Shown here: positions 8,272 through 14,649 of the stretch, piece after piece
Position numbering within the stretch: position 1 is the first letter of the stretch
Layout: each line of letters begins with the position of its first letter
Source: Myxococcota bacterium
Lineage (GTDB): Bacteria; Myxococcota_A; Polyangia; Polyangiales; Sandaracinaceae
NCBI GenBank assembly: GCA_036149055.1
Contig: JAYZQJ010000177.1
Span: forward strand, 1-14,649
DNA length: 14,649 nt
Reading direction: 5' to 3'
Notes under the pieces: model-generated
The model's input: the letters and a program-made list of their open reading frames with translations, nothing else
What the model was told of the DNA's origin: nothing
Database searches by the model: none
Translations under genes and position numbers: made by a program

Positions 8272-9060
8272 GTGTGCACCATCGTCGCGATCAAGGGCCT
8301 GCACCCCGACTACGGGCTCGTGCTCGCCGCCAACCGCGACGAGTTCCGCGCCCGCCCCGCCCGCCCGCCCGAGGTGACGCACGTGTCGCCCCGGGTCGTG
8401 GCGGGCGTCGACGTGCCGAGCGGCGGCACCTGGCTCGGCGCCAACGAGCACGGCGTGTTCGTGGCGCTCACCAACCAGCGCCAGTACGAGGGCGCCGACG
8501 ACACCCTGGCCTCGCGCGGGCCGGTGGTCTCGAGCGCGCTGGCGGCCGGGCGGCTCGAGGCGGTGGACGCCTTCGTCGAGGGGCTCGACGCGCGCCGCTA
8601 CAACAGCTTCAACCTGTTCTGGGGCGACGCCACCACGCTCCGGGTGGGCTACGCCCGCCGGGCCCACGCGGCGGTGAGCGTGGAGACCCTCGGCGACGGC
8701 GTGTGGGTCCTGCCCAACGATCGCATCGGCTCGGCCGAGTTCCCGAAGACCCACCGGGCGATCGCGCTGACCGACCCGTTCGTCACCGCGCCCTGGCCGC
8801 GGCTGGCGGAGGGGCTGGCGGCGATGCTCGGTGACCACGAGGAGCCCCCGCTCGAGGCGGTCCCGGCGCCGCCGGCCGACGCGGTGTTCGATCACGCGAC
8901 GCTGCGTCGCCTCCAGGCGCTCTGCGTGCATCTGCCGGTGTACGGGACCCGGAGCGCCACCTTGCTCGCCCTGGCCCCGGGGCGGGTCGCCCACCACCTC
9001 TTCGCCGACGGGCCGCCCTGCGTGACACCCTTCGAGGACCAGATGGAGCTCTACCGATGA
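8272..9060 (+). CDS. NRDE family (TANGO2/DUF833) protein
   Basis: GTG 8272 gives the family-typical N-terminus MCT. Motifs LAANRDEF, GGTWLG, ALTN, SRG, YNSFNL and YGTRS are present. 262 aa. Confidence 0.92.
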   Translation: MCTIVAIKGLHPDYGLVLAANRDEFRARPARPPEVTHVSPRVVAGVDVPSGGTWLGANEHGVFVALTNQRQYEGADDTLASRGPVVSSALAAGRLEAVDAFVEGLDARRYNSFNLFWGDATTLRVGYARRAHAAVSVETLGDGVWVLPNDRIGSAEFPKTHRAIALTDPFVTAPWPRLAEGLAAMLGDHEEPPLEAVPAPPADAVFDHATLRRLQALCVHLPVYGTRSATLLALAPGRVAHHLFADGPPCVTPFEDQMELYR

Positions 9061-9548
9061 ACGTCCGCCCCCCGCTCGCCCTGGTCTTCACGACGGTCGC
9101 CACGGCGCTCGCGCTGCTCGGCTGCGGCGACACCCGCCGCGCGCCGTCCGGCCTCGACGTCGATCCCTGGCTCCCGAAGACCGAGGAGGAGCTGGACGCG
9201 CGCATCCTCGAGGCGCGCGCGCAGGCCCGCGAGAGCGACCGCCAGGTGCTGCTCGACTTCATCGCCGACTGGTGTGAGGACTGCCGCGAGGTCGTGCGGC
9301 TCAGCAAGCGCCACCCGGCCCGCGGGGTCATCGAGGAGAAGTACGTCGTCGTCTACGTCGAGGTCGGCCGCTTCGATCGGCACCGTCACCTGATCGAGCG
9401 CTACGCGATCGACCGCATCGCGACCCTGGTGGTGCTCGACCCCGAGTCGGGCGAGCGGGTGGCCCAGACGACGCTCGAGCCGATCACCGGCGGCCAGCGC
9501 GGGCTCACGTCGGCGCAGCTGGCGGCGTGGCTCCGCGATCCCAGCTGA
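9057..9548 (+). CDS. Thioredoxin-fold lipoprotein
   Basis: ATGA overlap with the NRDE stop, lipobox LLG-C, active-site context VLLDFIADWCEDC. 163 aa. Confidence 0.88.
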   Translation: MNVRPPLALVFTTVATALALLGCGDTRRAPSGLDVDPWLPKTEEELDARILEARAQARESDRQVLLDFIADWCEDCREVVRLSKRHPARGVIEEKYVVVYVEVGRFDRHRHLIERYAIDRIATLVVLDPESGERVAQTTLEPITGGQRGLTSAQLAAWLRDPS

Positions 9549-10863
9549 TCGCGTCGAAGCGCGCGCGCAGCGAGGCCCCTCGCCGCGGATCGAGCCGCTC
9601 GATCCAGCCCACTCGACCGTCGAGGTGGGCCCTGAAGTCGGCGTGCCCCTCCCGGTTCGCCGCCTCCGGGCCGCGGCGCGCGCAGTCCACGAGGATGGCC
9701 TCGAGCCGCTCGCGCTCGGCGCGCCGCACCGAGAGCTTCCGGTTCACGATCACGCCGCAGAGCTCCTGCCTCCCGCCCGCGCGCATGACCCGCGTCTTGC
9801 GATGATTCGGCGTCAGGCCCTCCTCGAGCGCGATCGCGCCGACGCGAGGGAGCAGGGCGTCGATCCGCCGCTCGAAGCCCGCGTCCCCCGAGAACGCGAG
9901 GTCGTCCGCGTAGCGCGTGTAGACGCCCCCGAGCGCCCGGGCGAGGCCGGCGAGGCGGCGGTCGAGCCCGAACGCGACGAGGTTCGCCAGCATCGGGGAG
10001 CTGGGCGCGCCCTGGGGCAGGTGGCTGGCCGCCAGTCGCTCGCGGAGGGCTCGGTGCTCGGGCCCGCGGAGCGCGCGCAGCACCCGGCGCGGCGTGGACG
10101 TCGTGGCGAGACCGGCGAGCAGCCCGGCGACCTCGCGGGGGTAGCCGCCGACCGCGAAGAGGCCGCGCACCCGGGCGAAGCCGATCTGCGCGAAGAAGTC
10201 GGTCAGGTCCATGCGCACGACCACGCGCTTGCCGACGTGCGCGCCGACGTGATCGAGGAGGTCTCGCCCGGGCACGAAGCCCTTGGCCGCCTCGTGCACC
10301 GGGAACGCGCAGAGCACGCGATCGAGGAGCCGCCGCTGCGCGATGGCGAGGGTGGGCTTGGGCGCCTCGAGCAGCCGCGCGCCGCCGCTCCGCTTCGGCA
10401 CGAGGCGGCAGACGTAGTGGTGGAGGCGAGCGTCGCGCGCCTTCGGGTTCATGCCGCGCACGTCCGCCAGCCAGTCGAGCGCGTCCAGCCGGAGCTCGAG
10501 GTGGGAGGCGACGTCGGCCGCGTCGAGGAGCGGCGGCGCCGCGAACGGGGCCGGGCGCATCACCCGGGCGGGCAAGAGCGCGCGGGTGACGTGGAAGGAG
10601 CGCAGCGCGCCGCCGGCGCCCGGATCCCGGGAGACCGCGCGCTCCCGCAGGGCGCGGAGCCGGCCGATCAGCGCGGCCCGATCCGTCGGCGCCTCCGGGA
10701 AGGTCACCGCCAGCCGGCGCGCGGCGTGCCGCAGGAAGCGTCGCTGGGCCTCGCCCTCCGCCCGCACGCAGCGCTCGAAGCGCGCGTGGATCGAAGCGAC
10801 GTCCCACGGCCCGGCGAGGGCGGCGTCGGCGAGCACCTCGAGCGCGCGGCGGTGATGCGTCAT
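9505..10863 (-). CDS. Retron-type reverse transcriptase with N-terminal extension
   Basis: 452 aa from ATG 10863. Motifs PKRSGGARLLEAPKP, AAKGF, region X variant DHVGAH, MDLTDFFAQI, HLPQGAPSSPMLAN, catalytic YTRYADDLAFSG (9901-9912), NHRKT and region Y variant QELCGVIVN. No maturase or endonuclease domain. Confidence 0.93.
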   Translation of the reverse strand: MTHHRRALEVLADAALAGPWDVASIHARFERCVRAEGEAQRRFLRHAARRLAVTFPEAPTDRAALIGRLRALRERAVSRDPGAGGALRSFHVTRALLPARVMRPAPFAAPPLLDAADVASHLELRLDALDWLADVRGMNPKARDARLHHYVCRLVPKRSGGARLLEAPKPTLAIAQRRLLDRVLCAFPVHEAAKGFVPGRDLLDHVGAHVGKRVVVRMDLTDFFAQIGFARVRGLFAVGGYPREVAGLLAGLATTSTPRRVLRALRGPEHRALRERLAASHLPQGAPSSPMLANLVAFGLDRRLAGLARALGGVYTRYADDLAFSGDAGFERRIDALLPRVGAIALEEGLTPNHRKTRVMRAGGRQELCGVIVNRKLSVRRAERERLEAILVDCARRGPEAANREGHADFRAHLDGRVGWIERLDPRRGASLRARFDAISWDRGATPPAAPT

Positions 10864-10871
10864 GGGCAGGT

Positions 10872-11025
10872 GACGGCGGGGGCCCGACGTGACGCTCCTG
10901 GCGCGAGCGGGTCTGCGTGTACGCGCAGCGAGGCTCGTGCGGTGATCGGCATGGTACGGGCATGTCCCCGGGGGAGCCCCGGGGAGGTGGAGCCGAGGCC
11001 CCACCGGGCTCGGGCCCCCACCGTC
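10872..11025 (-). ncRNA. Retron msr-msd non-coding RNA
   Basis: On the - strand, a2 GACGGUGGGGGCCCGA (11025-11010) pairs with a1 UCGGGCCCCCGCCGUC (10887-10872) over 16 bp with one G-U. G11009 follows a2 (AG) and faces G10888. msr hairpins lie at 11005-10986 (8 bp) and 10985-10965 (9 bp), and the msd hairpin at 10940-10901. It ends 8 nt before the RT ATG. Confidence 0.85.
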
Positions 11026-11039
11026 GCGAGGAAGCCTAC

Positions 11040-13727
11040 CTACCGGGGCAGCGCCCAGTCCATCGTGAAGAACCCGTGCGAGCGGTATTCGCAGCCCGTG
11101 CCTCCGCACGCCCACTGGCCGCGCGCCGGCCCCACGCGCTCGTCGTAGACGACGTAGTCGGGGAGGATGTCGGGCAGCGCCAGGCTCCGCCAGGTGCCGA
11201 GCGGTCGCGGGCCGGCGATGACGAGCACGGCGCGCTCGGGCGCGAGCGGGCTCGGCGCCACGAAGACGGCGCCGACCTGGGCTCCCGCGTGGCGCGTGTC
11301 GCCGACCGTCACCGCCTCCTCGCCCACCCGGATCGGCAGCCCGTCCGCCATGCGCGCGTGCACCGCGTTGCTGTGCGGCGGCCCGACCAGCACCAGGGTG
11401 CGCTCCCGGATCATCGCCTCGGTCACGTCGACGTCGTCGACGATCGGGTAGTCCACGATCCAGCCCTTGGGTCTCGCCCAGTGAGCCGCGACCAGCCGGT
11501 TGATCAAGGTGTGATCGGGGTCCTGGGTCCCGATCACGAACACGAGGGGCTCGTGGTAGACGTCGCGGATCGGCCCGCTCACGCCCTCGCGCTTGCTCCC
11601 CGGAGCCGGCCACGCCGCGGTCGAGACCCGCCAGCGCGCGTCGGCGCGCTCGAGGGTCAGGGGCGAGGCGCCGGTCAGGCGCTGCCCGTCGACGACCACG
11701 GTCAGCGGGCCTTCGACCTCGGGCGAGAAGGTCACCGCGCGCGCGCCGGTGATCGAGGCTTCGACGGTGGCGCCGTCGAGGCGGGCGTCGACCTCGGCGA
11801 AGGCGTCGGCCGCCTCGCGCGCCTCCACCCGGACCCAGTAGGCGGCGCGGGTCCGCTCGCGCGCGGTGCGCAGCCGGACGTGCGCGGGGGCCTCGGGGCG
11901 GCGATGGCGGCCGAGCCAGTCGAAGATGGCGCCGCCAGCGTAGGTCTCGGTCCAGACGTTGTGGCCGAGCTCAGGCTCGCGGTGCTCGTGCGGGTAGTCG
12001 AGCGCGTCGAGGCGGCGCGCGAGCACGCGGGTCCACTCGAGCGGGCGGTCCCGGGTGCCGCGGACGAGCAGGGTGGGGAGGTGCAGCCCGTTCTCGGCCC
12101 AGTCCACGTCGGAGCGGTGCGCGACGAGGAAGCGCTCCACCTCACCGAGCGCGTCGTGGTCCGTGTCCTGGCGCACCCGCTGGTCGTGATAGCCGGCGAG
12201 CGCGGCCGCCGCCGCGAAGCGGTCCGGGTGCCGGTAGGGCAGGTAGGCGGCGCCGGTCCCGCCCATCGAGCCGCCGGTGATGTAGACGCGGCGTGGATCC
12301 ACCCGGAAGCGGGCCTCGACGTCGGCGAGCGCCTCCATCACGTCGACCTCACCCGCGTGCCGGTAGTACGCCTGCCCCCGGCCGGTGGGCGCGACCACGA
12401 TCATCGGCCCCTGCCGCGGCGCCTCGCCGGTCCGACCGTGCCCGAGGAGCGTCTCGCCGCCCTCGTAGTCGCGCGCCAGGCCGAAGGTGTTGCGAAAGTA
12501 GTCGCCGGCGTTGCCCTTGTAGCCGTGCAAGGTGATCAGCACCGGCCAGGCGCGCGAGTCGCGATAGGCCGGCGGCACGAACAGCTCGTACTCCTGGGCC
12601 GTTCCGTCGAGGCGCGAGAAGAAGGCCATGCGCTCGTAGCCGCGGATCCGCGCGAAGGGATCCCGACCCCGCGCGAGGCTGCGCGTGATGCGCCGCGCGT
12701 CGGCCTGGAGCACGTTGCGCCACGCCTGGTCCCCGTCGTGCTCCCGGACGACCCGGGTCAGCTCGTCGATCCGCCAGGCGATCGGCGCGCGGGCTCCCTC
12801 CGGCGCCTCCCCCAGCGCCTCGCGCAGCTCGGCCGCGGCGGCGAGGGCGCGGCGGTCGCTGATCAGGTGCCGACGACCGGGCCGCGCCTCGCGCTCCCCC
12901 ACCAGGGCGGTGACGTCGAGCAGCCCGCGGTCCGGGATCGCCCACGCGCGCTCGAGCGGCGCCTCGAGGGCGAGCGTCTCGCCGTCGATCACCACGCTCG
13001 GCGCGCCCTCGAGCCCCCCGCCCGGGCGGTGCAGCCGGAGCCGGACCTCGGGCCCCTCGTCGCCGAGCCCCCGCGTCTCGTCCAGCGCCACCGAGCGCTG
13101 CCGCAGCGTGACCTGGGTTGCCTCGTCGAGCTCGCCGTAGGTGATCGCGACCGCGCCGGGGCCCGGCCGGAGCCGCGCGCTCAGCAGCCGGACCGCGCCG
13201 CGCCAGGCGCCCCGCTCGGGCTTCTCGAAGCGCACCGAGAGCGCGCGCTCCCCCGCGGCGAGAGGGAGGCGCACCAGGCCCCAGTCGCGATGGAAGCGAT
13301 CGGGGCTCTCCACCCGCCCGAGCGCCTCGCCGTCGAGCGAGATCTCCGCCGCCCCCCGCATCCCGACCATCACCCACGCGTGCGTGTCGCGCGGCACCAG
13401 CAAGGTGGCCGACAGCGTGATCGCGTCGCTCCCCGCCGGTGCCGCGTCCGCGAGCTCCATGCGCCACGAGGGGAACGCGACCACCTCCTCGCCCACCCTC
13501 CAGGTCGAGAGGAAGCCCTCCGGCCCCGGGCTCGCCAGCGGTCGGCCCTCGGCCAGCGCCCGCGGATCGGGCGGCGGCTCCGCCGTCTCCCGCGGAGGCT
13601 CGCTCGGCTCGGTCGGCTCGGCGACCGAGACCGGCTCGGGCGGCGCCGTCGGCTCGGCCGGCCGCGGCGGCTCCGGATGCCCACACCCCGCGAGCCACAC
13701 CACCAACACACACGCCGCCGCCCTCAT
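11040..13727 (-). CDS. Large lipoprotein with an alpha/beta-hydrolase domain (S9 peptidase / PHB-depolymerase-like esterase)
   Basis: 895 aa. Lipobox LAG-C, Pro/Glu-rich linker, PVLITLHG, nucleophile elbow YITGGSMGG, candidate Asp (GTRD) and His (LGHNVW), and an additional C-terminal alpha/beta domain. Confidence 0.88.
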   Translation of the reverse strand: MRAAACVLVVWLAGCGHPEPPRPAEPTAPPEPVSVAEPTEPSEPPRETAEPPPDPRALAEGRPLASPGPEGFLSTWRVGEEVVAFPSWRMELADAAPAGSDAITLSATLLVPRDTHAWVMVGMRGAAEISLDGEALGRVESPDRFHRDWGLVRLPLAAGERALSVRFEKPERGAWRGAVRLLSARLRPGPGAVAITYGELDEATQVTLRQRSVALDETRGLGDEGPEVRLRLHRPGGGLEGAPSVVIDGETLALEAPLERAWAIPDRGLLDVTALVGEREARPGRRHLISDRRALAAAAELREALGEAPEGARAPIAWRIDELTRVVREHDGDQAWRNVLQADARRITRSLARGRDPFARIRGYERMAFFSRLDGTAQEYELFVPPAYRDSRAWPVLITLHGYKGNAGDYFRNTFGLARDYEGGETLLGHGRTGEAPRQGPMIVVAPTGRGQAYYRHAGEVDVMEALADVEARFRVDPRRVYITGGSMGGTGAAYLPYRHPDRFAAAAALAGYHDQRVRQDTDHDALGEVERFLVAHRSDVDWAENGLHLPTLLVRGTRDRPLEWTRVLARRLDALDYPHEHREPELGHNVWTETYAGGAIFDWLGRHRRPEAPAHVRLRTARERTRAAYWVRVEAREAADAFAEVDARLDGATVEASITGARAVTFSPEVEGPLTVVVDGQRLTGASPLTLERADARWRVSTAAWPAPGSKREGVSGPIRDVYHEPLVFVIGTQDPDHTLINRLVAAHWARPKGWIVDYPIVDDVDVTEAMIRERTLVLVGPPHSNAVHARMADGLPIRVGEEAVTVGDTRHAGAQVGAVFVAPSPLAPERAVLVIAGPRPLGTWRSLALPDILPDYVVYDERVGPARGQWACGGTGCEYRSHGFFTMDWALPR

Positions 13728-13793
13728 CCTCCGTGAATTTCACGCCTTCCCGGCCAAAGGCAAAGAACCCGCCCGCCGCCTCCGGTCCCGACG

Positions 13794-13896
13794 CCCTCGT
13801 CGTCGACGCAGAAACCAGGGAGCAGGCCCCTCGGTGTCGACGCAGAACCAGGGAGAAGCCGAGCCCTCGTCGTCGACGCCGAACGAGGGAGAAGGG
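13794..13896. repeat. Three imperfect ~35-bp direct repeats with a GTCGAC core
   Basis: ccctcgtcgtcgacgcagaaaccagggagcagg (from 13794), ccctcggtgtcgacgcagaaccagggagaag (from 13828), ccctcgtcgtcgacgccgaacgagggagaag (from 13864). Confidence 0.75.
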
Positions 13897-13984
13897 AGGT
13901 GGGAGGCGAGGAGGAGTCGCCAACCGAGCCCGGCGCCGCGCCCGGCCCCGCTGCCGCTTCCGGCTCCGCCTCCGCCGCCGGTCT

Positions 13985-14125
13985 TCGCTGCCGCTGCCGG
14001 TCTCGCTGCCGCTGCCGGTCTCGCTGCCGCTGCCGGTCTCGCTGCCGCTGCCGGTCTCGCTGCCGCCGCCGGTCTCGCTGCCGCTGCCGGTCTCGCTGCC
14101 GCCGCCGGTCTCGCTGCCGCTGCCG
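13985..14125. repeat. 18-bp tandem repeat (TCGCTGCCGCTGCCGGTC), about 7.8 copies
   Basis: Units start at 13985, 14003, 14021, 14039, 14057, 14075, 14093 and 14111 (partial). Two units carry a T>C variant. There are no spacers. Confidence 0.95.
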
Positions 14126-14211
14126 CCGCGTGCACGGGGTCGGCCTAGGGCGAGGACGCGGAGACCGGGGATGATCCCATTCGATTCATCGATCGGGCTG
14201 GGACGCGGAGA

Positions 14212-14487
14212 CCGGTGCCGAGTCCGAGTCCGGTGCCGAGTCCGAGTCCGGTGCCGAGTCCGAGTCCGGTGCCGAGTCCGAGTCCGGTGCCGAGTCCGAG
14301 TCCGCTGCCGAGTCCGCTGCCGAGTCCGGTGCCGAGTCCGGTGCCGAGTCCGAGTCCGGTGCCGAGTCCGAGTCCGCTGCCGGGGCCGAGCCCGCTGCCG
14401 AGTCCGAGCCCGCTGCCGAATCCGAGTCCGCTGCCGCATCCGAGTCCGCTGCGGAGTGCGAGTTCGCCGCCGAGTCCGCTGCCGGTC
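14212..14487. repeat. Hexamer-based tandem repeat (CCGAGT/CCGGTG/CCGCTG; 18-bp unit CCGGTGCCGAGTCCGAGT)
   Basis: Five perfect 18-mers at 14212-14301, followed by 12- and 18-bp units that degenerate rightwards. Confidence 0.95.
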
Positions 14488-14569
14488 ACGCCGTGCTCGT
14501 TGCGTCTCATCCGTATGGAAGGCAGACGTGTTGGCGCCTCGTCCTCCTCCTCCGACGGTGCCGGACGCG

Positions 14570-14649
14570 GCCGGGCGAGTAAAGGACGCCTGCGGCGCCG
14601 GCTTCGCCGGCTGCGGGCCCTGCGGGCCCTTGTCCCTGACTAGCCCGGC
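14570..14649. repeat. Multi-branched palindromic element (REP/MITE-like) at the window end
   Basis: Outer imperfect inverted repeat gccgggcgagtaaaggac (14570-14587) / gtccctgactagcccggc (14632-14649) encloses gcc-tgc-ggc, gccggc-ttc-gccggc and gggccc-tgc-gggccc. Confidence 0.7.

Noticed and set aside
9505..10863. RT as a group II intron, DGR or CRISPR-associated RT
   Set aside because: There is no maturase/endonuclease domain, no room for intron RNA, no TR/VR pair or avd gene, and no cas genes. The motifs and upstream RNA fit a retron.
9401..11148. Overlapping ORFs 9401-10963 (-) and 9625-11148 (+) as hidden retron effectors
   Set aside because: They are alternative-frame or antisense translations of the RT with low-complexity composition and no domain signal.
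10864..11613. 250 extra N-terminal residues of the 702-aa RT ORF, suggesting a large fusion
   Set aside because: The stretch overlaps the hydrolase in another frame and the structured ncRNA, and translates as Arg/Gly/Pro-rich noise. ATG 10863 just after a1 is the plausible start.
10917..13736. 939-aa + strand ORF
   Set aside because: Antisense shadow of the hydrolase.
13794..14487. Possible CRISPR array
   Set aside because: The repeats are head-to-tail without unique spacers, and there are no cas genes.
12349..14643. ORFs across the right-hand repeats (696, 335, 131, 121 and 142 aa)
   Set aside because: They stay open only because the tandem repeats lack stop codons. They show no domains, and several overlap the hydrolase out of frame.
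14570..14649. tRNA, because of the cloverleaf shape and ~80-nt size
   Set aside because: The loops are 3 nt, and there is no 7-nt anticodon loop, T-loop consensus or D-loop.

Overview
Very GC-rich window that looks myxobacterial (Sandaracinus/Polyangiales-like, inferred from a Myxococcus-type Cys-rich repeat and many lipoproteins). From left to right it holds a cluster of triloop hairpins, a BtuB-like TonB-dependent receptor (-), a PAS-GAF hybrid histidine kinase (+), a cobalamin riboswitch leading two coupled lipoprotein genes (BtuH-like and a BtuG/YncE-like propeller), a Kazal/Kunitz-like Cys-rich lipoprotein, an NRDE/TANGO2 gene and a thioredoxin-like lipoprotein. On the - strand, a large secreted alpha/beta-hydrolase is followed directly by a retron, and the right end is non-coding repeats. 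The main finding is the retron. Its ~154-nt msr/msd ncRNA can be read from the sequence (16-bp a1/a2 arms, AG branch guanosine facing a G, two msr hairpins, one msd hairpin). It ends 8 nt before a 452-aa reverse transcriptase with a ~145-aa N-terminal extension and altered X/Y motifs, and no effector gene is recognisable. Family assignments come from motif recognition by eye; no searches were run.
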